NCBI GenBank assembly: GCA_965221165.1
Contig: CBDCRP010000002.1
Location: 640,001 to 704,000, forward strand
DNA from: a bacterium
GTDB taxonomy: Bacteria > UBA8248
DNA: 64,000 nucleotides
Reading direction: 5' to 3'
Shown here: positions 10,256 through 19,716 of the stretch, piece by piece
Layout: the number at the start of each line of letters is the position of its first letter
How positions within the stretch are numbered: position 1 is the first letter of the stretch
Made by a program: the position numbers and the translations under genes
The notes under the pieces: model-generated
What the model saw: only the letters and a program-made list of their open reading frames with translations
What the model was told of the DNA's origin: nothing
Database searches by the model: none

Positions 10256-11344
10256 TCACTTGAACGGCAGTTCGATGACCTCGCCGCCCCGGCGCACGCT
10301 CTCTTCCATCGCCAGCGTGAGTTCGAGCACCGAGCGCGCCGTTTCCGCGTCGCAAAGCGGCACGTCCTTTCCGGTCGTCACTCGCTCCAGGAAAAGCCTG
10401 GTCTCATCGCGCATCGGCCCCACGAAATCCCCCACGGCCCAATCCCCCGGCATGGCGGAGCCCAGAAAGGCGACTTCCACCGAGGAGTCGGGCGCATAGG
10501 GCGAGGGGACGCGCTCGTTGCCCACCATCATCACGTCCTTGTGGCCGTCGTCGATGCGGATAGCGCCCTCGCTCCCGAAAATGTCCATGCTGATTGTCGC
10601 CACCGTGGCGGGCCAATGCTCGGGCAACGCCCAGTTGCCGCCCAGACACGCCGCCGCCCCGTCGTCGAAGGTGACGACCGCCCAGCCGTAATCCCCCATC
10701 CCATCTGGATGATCGTGAAACACCTCGCTTCCCGCCTGCGCGTAGACGCGCACCGGCTTTCTCGGCTGAAAGAACCAAAGCGCCATATCGGCCATGTAGG
10801 TGATCTCATCCGTGAAGGGATTCGCATGCGGGGCGCGCAGGTAGACCTGCCGCGCCGTGGGCCGCGTGTTGTAGATCGTCATGCGCGCGGTCATCACCTC
10901 GCCGAGCCTGCCCGCGTCGATGTGTTCTTTTATCGCCAGGAATTTCCTCCTGATCCGCTGCGTGTAGCCGATGTAAAGCTCCGCGTCGCCTTTGGCTTTC
11001 GCCTCCAGAATCTTGTCCGCATCGGCGAGCGTCAGCGCGATGGGCTTTTCCACCAGCACGGGTTTTCCGGCTTCCAGCGCCATGCAGATGGCTTCGGTGT
11101 GCTCGCCCTCAGGGGTGGAGACGATGAGCGCATCCACCTGGGGGTGCTCTATGACTTCGCGGTTGTCCGAGGTATGGAAGGCCGCCTCGTTCTGCTGGGC
11201 CACGGCTCGTGCGCGCTCGGGGTCGATGTCCGATATGGCGAAAAAATTCACCACAGGCGAGGTCGCCGCCAGATGCGCGCGAAGCGAGCCGATCTTGCCC
11301 GCGCCGATCAGACCGATCCCTACCTCTTTCTTGCGAATCACCAT
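10256..11344 (-). CDS. Gfo/Idh/MocA-family oxidoreductase
   Basis: IGAGKIG, VLVEKP; ATG 11344 after GAAGGAG. Confidence 0.9.
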   Translation of the reverse strand: MVIRKKEVGIGLIGAGKIGSLRAHLAATSPVVNFFAISDIDPERARAVAQQNEAAFHTSDNREVIEHPQVDALIVSTPEGEHTEAICMALEAGKPVLVEKPIALTLADADKILEAKAKGDAELYIGYTQRIRRKFLAIKEHIDAGRLGEVMTARMTIYNTRPTARQVYLRAPHANPFTDEITYMADMALWFFQPRKPVRVYAQAGSEVFHDHPDGMGDYGWAVVTFDDGAAACLGGNWALPEHWPATVATISMDIFGSEGAIRIDDGHKDVMMVGNERVPSPYAPDSSVEVAFLGSAMPGDWAVGDFVGPMRDETRLFLERVTTGKDVPLCDAETARSVLELTLAMEESVRRGGEVIELPFK

Positions 11345-11569
11345 ACGTGTCTCTCCTTCAGGGTCGGCGAATCCTACAATCCCGACCCGCGCTCCGCAAG
11401 GCGCGCAGGGCTCCTCCGGTGAAACCGGTGAGAAGACATCGGCAATAGAACGAAAAACAAGGGATGGGGAAACCGCGGGAGACTCCCTCCTCTGGCGAAG
11501 CGCAGGATAAAACCTTATAGTGCGTCGCCAAATCGCCGAAAACTGAAAATCACCACCGGAGGATTTCCC

Positions 11570-12619
11570 TTGAGCGCGCAAAATTCACTCGCCGCCCTTT
11601 TGCATGAACCCGGACGCCTCGAACTCGTGGAGCGTCCCGCACCCGAACCCGGCCCCGGCGATGTGCTCGTCGAAGTCGGCGCCTGCGCGATATGCGGCAG
11701 CGATTTTCACCTGATAGACGGCCACGTGCGGCGCGCGAAATATCCCGTGGTGCCGGGCCATGAACTCATGGGCGTGGTGAGCGCGCTGGGTCCGGGCGTT
11801 GAGGGCGTAGCGCTCGGCGCGCGGGCCTGCATCGAGAACCACGTGCACTGCGGAGAATGTTATTTCTGCAAGATGGGCCGGGTGAACCTGTGCAACGACT
11901 CGCGCTCCATCGGCATGAACGCCGACGGCGGCTACAGCCGGCACGTAATTGCGCCTGCAAAGTCCGTGCTGCCCCTGCCGGATGCGCTGGACGACGCCAC
12001 GGCATCGGTGATGCAGACGCTGAGCACGGGCTATCACGTGGTGATGAACCGCGCGCGCGCAGAGGCGGGCGAGACCGTGGCCGTCATCGGCATGGGGCCG
12101 GTGGGCATGTGCGCGCTGGCTTGCGCGAAATACGCGGGATGCCGCGTCATCGCCATCGACGCGGTGGCTGAGAGGCTCGAAGTCGCAAGGGAGATGGGCG
12201 CGGATGAGACGATAGACGCCCGCGAGCACGAGTCGGTTTCCGCAGTTCAAGACCTCACGGGAGGACACGGGGCGGATGCCGTTCTCGAAGTGGTGGGCGG
12301 GGCGCAGTACAAGACGATGATCCAAGCTTTCGAGATGGCGCGCAAGGGCGGGCGCATCGTGGTCGTGGGCGCGTTCTCGGTGGATGCGCCTATTCCGCTC
12401 GAACACCTCCAGCATCTCGAAAAAGAGATCATCGGCTCGCGCGGACACCCCGACACGTTCGAGGTCTGCATCGACCTCGCCGCCCGGGGGGAGTTGAACG
12501 TAAAGCCCATGATCACGCACCAGATACCTCTTTCCATGGTGCACCAAGGAATCGAGATGATGCGCGAGCGAAAAGACGGGGCCATCAAGGTGGTGCTCAT
12601 TCCTCGCGAGGGAAGCTGA
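11570..12619 (+). CDS. Zn-dependent alcohol/sugar dehydrogenase (MDR)
   Basis: ICGSD, GHE, CGECYFC..C, GMGPVG. Confidence 0.92.
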   Translation: MSAQNSLAALLHEPGRLELVERPAPEPGPGDVLVEVGACAICGSDFHLIDGHVRRAKYPVVPGHELMGVVSALGPGVEGVALGARACIENHVHCGECYFCKMGRVNLCNDSRSIGMNADGGYSRHVIAPAKSVLPLPDALDDATASVMQTLSTGYHVVMNRARAEAGETVAVIGMGPVGMCALACAKYAGCRVIAIDAVAERLEVAREMGADETIDAREHESVSAVQDLTGGHGADAVLEVVGGAQYKTMIQAFEMARKGGRIVVVGAFSVDAPIPLEHLQHLEKEIIGSRGHPDTFEVCIDLAARGELNVKPMITHQIPLSMVHQGIEMMRERKDGAIKVVLIPREGS

Positions 12620-12723
12620 ATTTCATACTTTCCGGCTGCCTTGAAATCCTGACAATGTTTCACCAATGAAAAAACCACCGACACAACCATTAAAAACATC
12701 GGCGCAAGGAGAGAGAAGCGAAC

Positions 12724-13614
12724 ATGAACATACAAGAAACCATCGGCTTCATCGGTCTGGGCCTCATGGGCCGGGCGTTTTCCAGGAATCTGATCGAGGA
12801 CGGCTACCGCCTCGTGGGGGCGGACCCGGTTCCGGCGGCGCAGGAGGAATTAAAGAGCATGGGCGGCGAGGCGCTCCCCTCGCCCAAAGACGTGGCCGAG
12901 GCGGCTGATTTCGTATTCATCTCGGTGCCCAACTCGAAAATATCCCTGGAATGCGCGAGGGGTACGGATGGATATTTGTCCGCCAATCCTGCGAAAAAGC
13001 CTAAAACCGTCATCGACACGACCACCTCGGACCCGGAAGACACGCGCGAGATGGCCAGGCTGTGCGCTGCGCGCGGCTTCGACTTCATGGAGGCGTGCGT
13101 GAGCGGCAACAGCGAAAACGTGAAAAACCGGGTGGGTCTTTTCCTGGTCGGCGGGGAGGAGCGAACGCACGGCCTCGTGAAGGATATCTTCGCGCGCCTG
13201 CTTTCGGATCAGATCCACTGCGGCGCGGCAGGGGATGGCGCTACGATGAAGGTGCTCATCAACTACCTCACCTGTCTCGAACGATGCGCCATCGCCGAGA
13301 CGCTCAGAATGGGCCTGAGAGCCGGTGTCAAAGGAGAACTGCTGCTCGACGCCTTCACCCGAAGCGCCGCCGACAGCAGGCAGCTCAGAAACCGCGGCCC
13401 CAGGATGATAAACGGAGATTTCAGGAATCCCGTGAGCACGCTCGACGTGCTGACGAAAGACATCAAGCTGGGCTTGAGTTTAGGCGAAAGCGTGAGCGCC
13501 AACATGCCCCTGGGCGAGCTTTGCGCCCCCTTTTTCACCCAAGGACAGGAACTGGGCTTCGGTACTCTCGACAGCGCGGCGGTGTATAAGGTGTTCGAGG
13601 CGAGGGAGGGCTAG
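12724..13614 (+). CDS. NAD(P)-dependent beta-hydroxyacid dehydrogenase family
   Basis: IGFIGLGLMG, K..IN, KDI.L. Confidence 0.88.
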   Translation: MNIQETIGFIGLGLMGRAFSRNLIEDGYRLVGADPVPAAQEELKSMGGEALPSPKDVAEAADFVFISVPNSKISLECARGTDGYLSANPAKKPKTVIDTTTSDPEDTREMARLCAARGFDFMEACVSGNSENVKNRVGLFLVGGEERTHGLVKDIFARLLSDQIHCGAAGDGATMKVLINYLTCLERCAIAETLRMGLRAGVKGELLLDAFTRSAADSRQLRNRGPRMINGDFRNPVSTLDVLTKDIKLGLSLGESVSANMPLGELCAPFFTQGQELGFGTLDSAAVYKVFEAREG

Positions 13615-13636
13615 GTACGGGTATGGATGGGGTGTT

Positions 13637-13660
13637 GTAGGGGCGGCTCGCGAGCCGACC
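13637..13660 (+). repeat. GTAG-type REP hairpin
   Basis: GTAGGGGCGGCTCGCGAGCCG, identical at 42627. Confidence 0.75.
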
Positions 13661-13696
13661 TTGCTGTGGACTTGCATTTTTCCGGTCGTCTCGTTG

Positions 13697-13916
13697 TAAA
13701 GGCAAACGTCGCCTTTGTGTGCGGCCCGAAGAGTGGCCTAGCCGTCCGGACGAAGGCCATTTTCGAATCACAGAGGGAGAGTGGCTTTTCGAAACCGAAA
13801 GTGAGAAAGAATACCAGAGGGATGTGCCAGCAGCGGGAGTTTCTGCTATTTTGATGCCTGTGTGAGAAGTTGAAATGGTGGAATTCTTAAGTGTTGCTTC
13901 TTCTGAAGAAATATAG
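13697..13916 (+). pseudogene. Orphan 3' fragment of the DUF6338-like gene
   Basis: 13723-13886 matches 14547-14710 with 3 mismatches, one of them GGA>TGA. Confidence 0.85.
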
Positions 13917-13925
13917 GAACAAATC

Positions 13926-14063
13926 ATGACTAAGGAACGAACACCGATCCCCTCAAAATCGCCGAAGGGTACTAAGCTGGTAACCGAAGGCGTGTCCCCT
14001 AAACCCAAAGGCGCCCTCAAACCTAAGCCGCCTCCCGCCCCGCTACCCAACAAAAGTGGTTAG
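13926..14063 (+). CDS. 45-aa Pro/Lys-rich micropeptide
   Basis: MTKERTPIPSK...EGVSPKPK...KPKPPPAP; homologous to 14750-14878; AGGA RBS. Confidence 0.6.
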   Translation: MTKERTPIPSKSPKGTKLVTEGVSPKPKGALKPKPPPAPLPNKSG

Positions 14064-14137
14064 CATCTTATGGTATTGCCGGAAGCTGCGGGCAGGAAGC
14101 CGGTCCGCAATAGTCAAGTAATAGGGGTATACAGCGT

Positions 14138-14746
14138 ATGAATTGGGCATCAAGTGAAATAGTAGGCGCACTCAAATTTCTTCTGCCAGGATTCGTGTCA
14201 GCCGCCATATTTTATTCATTCACATCACATCCCAAACCCAGCGAGTTCGGCCTTGTAGTTCAAGCTCTGATTTTCACCATCGTCGGGGAGGCGATAATCG
14301 CTGCGCTCCTTTTGATTAACAACCTCAGTTGGATAAACGATTGGGGAGTTGCCGTACCCGTTCTGGTGGCGGTTTCGCTCGGGTTGATAGCCGCTTACGT
14401 TTCGAACAATGACACGGTACATAGACTCTTTCGCTGGCTGGGTATTACTCGGGAAACATCATATCCTTCAGAATGGTATTCCACTTTTACCCGTTCCGAT
14501 TGCTATGTTGTGCTACACTTGAAAGGTGAACGCCGCCTTTATGGATGGCCCGAAGAGTGGCCTAGCCGTCCGGACGAAGGCCATTTTCGAATCACCGAGG
14601 GAGAGTGGCTTTTCGAAACCGAAAGTGAGAAAGAATACCAGAGGGATGTGCCAGCAGCGGGAGTTTCTGCTATTTTGATACCTGTGGGAGAAGTTGAAAT
14701 GGTGGAATTCCTGAGTGCTTCGTCTGATGCAGAGCCGGAGGAATAA
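14138..14746 (+). CDS. DUF6338-like membrane protein
   Basis: N-terminal TM helices with LLPGF; C-terminal EW..F..YVVLHLK..RRLYGWP...ILIP..EV; lower GC. Confidence 0.75.
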   Translation: MNWASSEIVGALKFLLPGFVSAAIFYSFTSHPKPSEFGLVVQALIFTIVGEAIIAALLLINNLSWINDWGVAVPVLVAVSLGLIAAYVSNNDTVHRLFRWLGITRETSYPSEWYSTFTRSDCYVVLHLKGERRLYGWPEEWPSRPDEGHFRITEGEWLFETESEKEYQRDVPAAGVSAILIPVGEVEMVEFLSASSDAEPEE

Positions 14747-14749
14747 ATC

Positions 14750-14878
14750 ATGGCCAAAGAGCCGATACCACCGCCCTCTAAACGCTCAGTTCGGGTCGGT
14801 GATGGTGTTTCGTCTAAGCCCAAGAATTTCGTCAAACCTAAACCGCCTCCTGCCCCCCCACCTAAAAAGCGGGTCTAG
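14750..14878 (+). CDS. 42-aa Pro/Lys-rich micropeptide
   Basis: MAKEPIPPPSK...DGVSSKPK...KPKPPPAP; GGAGGA RBS; 3 nt after the upstream stop. Confidence 0.65.
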   Translation: MAKEPIPPPSKRSVRVGDGVSSKPKNFVKPKPPPAPPPKKRV

Positions 14879-14930
14879 CGTTTAAACGACACAACAAGGT
14901 ATTGGGTTTCTAAGCCCTAGTGAATCTCAA

Positions 14931-14957
14931 GGGACGAACACATGCGCTCGCCCCTAC
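14931..14957 (-). repeat. GTAG-type REP (inverted)
   Basis: Imperfect palindrome ending CGCCCCTAC. Confidence 0.65.
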
Positions 14958-15066
14958 GGAAGCGGTCTTTTTATCCTCACCAACATCCTCACAATCCGCA
15001 GCGCATTCGTCCATTTCGAGACGGGAGAATGATCGCTAATGACTTCCAAGAGCAGATCGACCGCGG

Positions 15067-15831
15067 TCACGCCGGTGGTTCCCAGACTCTCCCCCCGGCC
15101 CTGTGTTTCCAGAAAACAAGGAAGTAGGAATGGTTCTTCCGCGCGTGCACCTGCCTCACGGCGCGGCTCACGCCGGGTCGGTTGTTCCGAACTACGACGA
15201 ACAGATCCTCCGCGACGAATCCCGTCTCCTCATACGCCCCCATTATCTCGACGTGCGTGAACCTCTGGCGGTTCGAGCAGACCTCGTCCTGACACTTGAC
15301 GATGAAAACGCCGCGCTCGCGCAACACCCTGTGCGCCTCCTGCCCGGCGTCCAGATACAGGTCGAGAACCGCTTCGTGGTACTTGCTCTTGGTTCGATTA
15401 CCCGAGCCGTTGTTGCGGTAGTGATCCTCAAAGGGCGTCTGCGAGCGATGCGCCGTTCCACCCGGCGAGTGCATGTATGGAGGGTCCAGCACGACGCAAT
15501 CGATCTCCGCGTCCCCATAGGGAAGGGCGCGGCAATCGACGCCGTCTTGAATGTCGCTCGCCCGGAGGTCGTAGCGGCCATCGGGTACGTTGCGCCAGAA
15601 CACGCCCTTCCCGTACGTCACGTCGGCGACGATGCTGCCCGGCTTCACGTACAAGTCGAGGATGCGCGGAAAAACGCTGTCGTTTCTCTCCGTAGACGCG
15701 CTCCAGACGAGGTTGTTCGTCGCATCGCCGTTGCGAACGACGCGCTTTTGGGGCGGCGAGAGGACACGCGCGACTGCGCCGGGTTGTTCTTCAGGTGTTT
15801 TTCTAGTCCTCACCTGAGAATGTTTGTCCAT
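15067..15831 (-). CDS. Amino (N6A/N4C) DNA methyltransferase-like protein
   Basis: ADVTYGKG (motif I-like), LDPPY (motif IV), RVLRERG. Confidence 0.8.
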   Translation of the reverse strand: MDKHSQVRTRKTPEEQPGAVARVLSPPQKRVVRNGDATNNLVWSASTERNDSVFPRILDLYVKPGSIVADVTYGKGVFWRNVPDGRYDLRASDIQDGVDCRALPYGDAEIDCVVLDPPYMHSPGGTAHRSQTPFEDHYRNNGSGNRTKSKYHEAVLDLYLDAGQEAHRVLRERGVFIVKCQDEVCSNRQRFTHVEIMGAYEETGFVAEDLFVVVRNNRPGVSRAVRQVHARKNHSYFLVFWKHRAGGRVWEPPA

Positions 15832-15951
15832 AGGGCATTACCGACGTGAACGGGCGGGCGTGAACAAAGAACGAAACTGCATCCAACCTACCGCATGATT
15901 TCATCATCGTCAAGAACTCTCTTTTCATGGGTTTTGTTCGGGTCGTCAACC

Positions 15952-16159
15952 GGATGGTGAGCGGAGATTTTTCGAATCCCGTGAGCACGCTCGACGCGCC
16001 GGCCAAGGACATCAAGCTCGGCCTCGCCCTGGGCGAAAGCGTGAGCGCGAACATGCCCCTGGGCGAGCTTTGCGCCCCCTTTTTCAGCGAAGGACAGGAA
16101 CTCGGTTTCGGTTCTCTCGACAGCGCGGCGGTTTATAAGGTGTTCGAGGCGAGGGAGGG
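15952..16159 (+). pseudogene. Diverged duplicate of the 3' 208 bp of the dehydrogenase at 12724-13614
   Basis: Colinear with 13403-13610; shares NPVSTLD...MPLGELCAPFF...LDSAAVYKVFEAREG. Confidence 0.9.
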
Positions 16160-16176
16160 GGTGGGCAGGTGGCATT

Positions 16177-16290
16177 GTAGGGGACGGAGCCCCTCCTCGG
16201 GGCCGTCCCACGCATACATGCGTCCCACACCTGAGAATGGAAGAGCCGGGCCGCATATATGTGTGGGCGGACACGCAGGTCCGCCCCTAC
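16177..16290. repeat. Inverted GTAG-REP pair (REPIN/BIME-like)
   Basis: GTAGGGACG... and GGGCGGACACGCAGGTCCGCCCCTAC. Confidence 0.75.
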
Positions 16291-16296
16291 AAAGGC

Positions 16297-16460
16297 GCAA
16301 ATCCTCCCTCACCGGTCGGCAAATCCTCCCTCACCGGTCGGCAAATCCTCCCTCACCGGTCGGCAAATCCTCCCTCACCGGTCGGCAAATCCTCCCTCAC
16401 CGGTCGGCAAATCCTCCCTCCCCGGTCGGCAAATCCTCCCTCCCCGGTCGGATTTGACCC
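16297..16460. repeat. 22-bp tandem repeat x7 ending in a complete GA-hairpin
   Basis: GCAAATCCTCCCTCMCCGGTCG x7 (16297-16450), then GATTTGACCC. Confidence 0.95.
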
Positions 16461-16507
16461 GCGAGAAGAGGGGTGCTCTCATGGATTCGGGAGCGATGAC
16501 GAGGAAT

Positions 16508-16722
16508 AATGAAAGTAATCCAATTTTCTGAAAATATCTGAAAAAGGGTGAAAAAAGGTGAAAAATTCTAAAAATTTCCGAAAAATAATCGTGAGGACAA
16601 TAAAATAATAATACATTTTGTTTCATATATTTACGATATAATATTAAAGTAAAAAAGAAATTATTTTTGGCAATTTTCGCGTATAAAAAAAAATTTCGCC
16701 TCCCGCATTTCCCCGCATTTGC
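16508..16722 (+). repeat. Phased A-tract element
   Basis: A-tracts every 10 bp; colinear homolog at 44084-44290. Confidence 0.85.
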
Positions 16723-16881
16723 GGCGCAATGCCGCCCGCCTCACGCCCCCGCTTGCCGATGGCGTTCACCGTCGCCTGAACACCCGAAGCCACCCCGCGC
16801 GTTCAGGCAAGGCGTTTCCCGTTCATGGCCGGACGTGGTATATTCGGGCCATCTTGATACGTCTTGGGAGATGCGCCATAT

Positions 16882-19695
16882 ATGGACACGAATCCTCAGG
16901 AGATCGAGGAAGTACCGGCAGAAGAGAACGGCTCGTCCATATCGACGAACGGGACAACGAACAGGGCGAACCAGGGCGGGTCCGGCGATTCGAGGTATCT
17001 GCCCGACTCGGCGGGTGCGCCCGCTTCAGAGGGTGAAACCGAACTCGACGAGATAGAAACCGACGAATGGCTGGAATCGCTCGATTACGTTCTTCAAACC
17101 AGAGGCCCCGAGCGAACGAAGACCCTCCTTCGCCATTTGCAGGTTCACGCCGTGCGCGAAGGCGTCGTTCGTCCATTTTCCGCGAACACCCCGTATATCA
17201 ACACCATTCCCCTGCAAAAGCAGCCCCCATTCCCCGGAGATCGCAATATCGAGCGGCGGATCAAGAGTCTCGTCCGCTGGAACGCGATGGCCATGGTGGT
17301 GCGCGCCAACACGGAGGACGCCTCCATCGGCGGGCATATCTCCACCTTCGCCTCGGCCGCCACTCTGCTGGAAATCGGGTTCAACCACTTCTTCCGGGGG
17401 AAAGACCACCCATCCGGCGGCGACCTCATCTACTTCCAGGGCCACAGCGCGCCCGGCATCTACGCGCGGGCATTCCTGGAGGGCCGCCTGACGGAGAAAA
17501 ATCTCGAAAACTTCAGGCGAGAACTCAGAGACGGAGGCGGCCTCTCCTCATACCCCCACCCCTGGCTGATGCCCGATTTCTGGGAATATCCCACCGTATC
17601 GATGGGACTCTCCCCCCTGATGGCGATATATCAGGCGCGCTACCTGCACTACCTGGAAGACCGCGGCCTCAAGCCGGCGACGGGCCAGAAGGTATGGGCG
17701 TTCCTCGGCGACGGCGAGATGGATGAACCCGAATCCCTGGGCGCCATCACCCTCGCCGCGCGGGAAAAACTCGACAACCTGGTCTTCGTCATCAACTGCA
17801 ACTTACAGCGTCTCGACGGCCCGGTTCGAGGCAACGGCAAAATCATTCAGGAACTCGAGGCCGCATTCCGGGGCGCGAGGTGGAACGTCATCAAGGTCAT
17901 CTGGGGGGATGATTGGGACCCCCTCGTAGCGATCGACGATGAGGGCGCGCTGCTCGAGCGAATGAACGAGACGGTTGATGGCCAATACCAGAAATACAGC
18001 GTCGAGAAAGTCAAGGAGGGCAGCTACCTGCGCGAGCATTTCTTCGGCGGCGACGAGCGATTGAAGGCGATGGCCGACACCCTGTCCGACCACCAACTCA
18101 ACAGAATGCGGCGCGGGGGGCATGATCCCGAAAAAGTGTTCGCCGCCTACCAGGCCGCCATGGAATGCGAGGGGCGCCCCACGGTCATTCTCGCAAAGAC
18201 GGTGAAAGGATATGGCCTGGGCGAGGGGGGCGAGGGCAGGAACGTCACCCACCAGCAGAAAAAGCTCAACCAGGATGAACTCCAGGAATTCCGGACGCGC
18301 TTCGAAATTCCCATGTCCGATGAAGAAGTGGCCGAGGCGCCGTTTTACCGGCCGCCGGAAGATAGCCCCGAAATCAAATACCTGAAAGCAAAACGAGAAG
18401 GGCTCGGCGGGTATGTCCCCACCCGGCAGAGCGTGTCCACTCCGCTCAAGCCGCCGCCTAACGCCTTGTTCGAGGAGTTCCTGCAAGGCACGGACGAGCG
18501 TGAAGTCTCCACAACGATGGTGTTCGTCAGAATCCTGAACAAACTGCTCCGCGACGAGGCGTTGGGCAAGCTCATCGTTCCCATCGTACCCGATGAGGCC
18601 AGGACGTTCGGCATGGAAGCCCTCTTCCGGCAAGTGGGAATCTACTCCCACTCCGGTCAGTTGTATGAGCCCGTCGACCGCGACAGCCTTCTATATTACA
18701 AAGAAGCGCAAGACGGACAGATTCTCGAAGAAGGAATCACCGAAGCGGGTTCCATGGCCTCATTCATCGCCGCCGGAACCGCCTACGCCACACATGGGGT
18801 GAACACCATCCCCTTCTATATCTACTATTCGATGTTCGGCTTCCAGCGCATCGGCGATCTCATATGGGCAGCGGCGGACATGTGCACGCGGGGCTTTCTG
18901 ATCGGGGGAACGGCCGGCAGAACCACCCTGAACGGGGAAGGCCTCCAGCACCAAGACGGCAACAGCCACCACCTCGCATATCCTGTTCCCAACCTGCTCA
19001 CATACGACCCGGCTTTCGCCTTCGAGATGGCGACCATCATTCAGGACGGGATTCGCAGGATGTATCGAGAACAGGAGAAAATCTTCTACTACCTCACCGC
19101 CTACAACGAGAATTACGCCATGCCGGCGATGCCCGAGGGAGCGAAAGACGGGATATTGAAAGGCATGTACCTCTTCAGGCGGTCGGAGGCGAATTCCGGG
19201 CTCAAAGCGCAGCTACTGGGCAGCGGCACCATCATGAACGAAGTACTCAAGGCGCAGAAAATGTTGGAGGAGAACTATTCGATTTCAGCGGATGTATGGA
19301 GCGTCACGAGTTATAAGGAACTCAGGCGAGACGCCCTCGACGTCGAGCGATGGAACATGCTGCATCCCGATTCCGCGCCGAAAACGCCCTACGTGACCCA
19401 ATGCATCTCGCGCGCGCCCGGCGTTTGCGTGGCGGCCTCGGACTATGTGAAGGCCACGCCTGATTCCATTTCGAAATGGATTCCCAAGCCCATGATTTCA
19501 CTGGGAACCGAGGGGTTCGGCAGAAGTGAGTCGAGAGCATCCCTGAGAGATTTCTTTGAAATCGACGCGCGTTATATCGTGCTCGCCACTTTATATAGCC
19601 TGGCGCGCGAGAAGAAAATATACCCCGAACTCGTGAACAAGGCGATCAAAGACTTGGATATCGACCCGGAAAAAGCCAACCCGATGATTTCCTAA
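16882..19695 (+). CDS. aceE: Pyruvate dehydrogenase E1, homodimeric type
   Basis: GGHISTFAS, YFQGH, GDGEMDE, DEARTFGM, GEGLQH. Confidence 0.96.
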   Translation: MDTNPQEIEEVPAEENGSSISTNGTTNRANQGGSGDSRYLPDSAGAPASEGETELDEIETDEWLESLDYVLQTRGPERTKTLLRHLQVHAVREGVVRPFSANTPYINTIPLQKQPPFPGDRNIERRIKSLVRWNAMAMVVRANTEDASIGGHISTFASAATLLEIGFNHFFRGKDHPSGGDLIYFQGHSAPGIYARAFLEGRLTEKNLENFRRELRDGGGLSSYPHPWLMPDFWEYPTVSMGLSPLMAIYQARYLHYLEDRGLKPATGQKVWAFLGDGEMDEPESLGAITLAAREKLDNLVFVINCNLQRLDGPVRGNGKIIQELEAAFRGARWNVIKVIWGDDWDPLVAIDDEGALLERMNETVDGQYQKYSVEKVKEGSYLREHFFGGDERLKAMADTLSDHQLNRMRRGGHDPEKVFAAYQAAMECEGRPTVILAKTVKGYGLGEGGEGRNVTHQQKKLNQDELQEFRTRFEIPMSDEEVAEAPFYRPPEDSPEIKYLKAKREGLGGYVPTRQSVSTPLKPPPNALFEEFLQGTDEREVSTTMVFVRILNKLLRDEALGKLIVPIVPDEARTFGMEALFRQVGIYSHSGQLYEPVDRDSLLYYKEAQDGQILEEGITEAGSMASFIAAGTAYATHGVNTIPFYIYYSMFGFQRIGDLIWAAADMCTRGFLIGGTAGRTTLNGEGLQHQDGNSHHLAYPVPNLLTYDPAFAFEMATIIQDGIRRMYREQEKIFYYLTAYNENYAMPAMPEGAKDGILKGMYLFRRSEANSGLKAQLLGSGTIMNEVLKAQKMLEENYSISADVWSVTSYKELRRDALDVERWNMLHPDSAPKTPYVTQCISRAPGVCVAASDYVKATPDSISKWIPKPMISLGTEGFGRSESRASLRDFFEIDARYIVLATLYSLAREKKIYPELVNKAIKDLDIDPEKANPMIS

Positions 19696-19716
19696 TTCAA
19701 ATCCCGAGGGAGTTCC

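Noticed and set aside
13863-13865. Second Sec codon
   Set aside because: The TGA replaces Gly (GGA) in a gene remnant and is not a Cys position
13723-14710. DGR template/variable repeat pair
   Set aside because: Only 3 mismatches, not consistently at adenines of one copy, and no reverse transcriptase
16297-16450. CRISPR array
   Set aside because: Units are head-to-tail with no spacers, and no cas genes are present
15927-16531. Repeat-containing proteins in the ORF track
   Set aside because: Read-through of a gene remnant into REP and tandem repeat DNA
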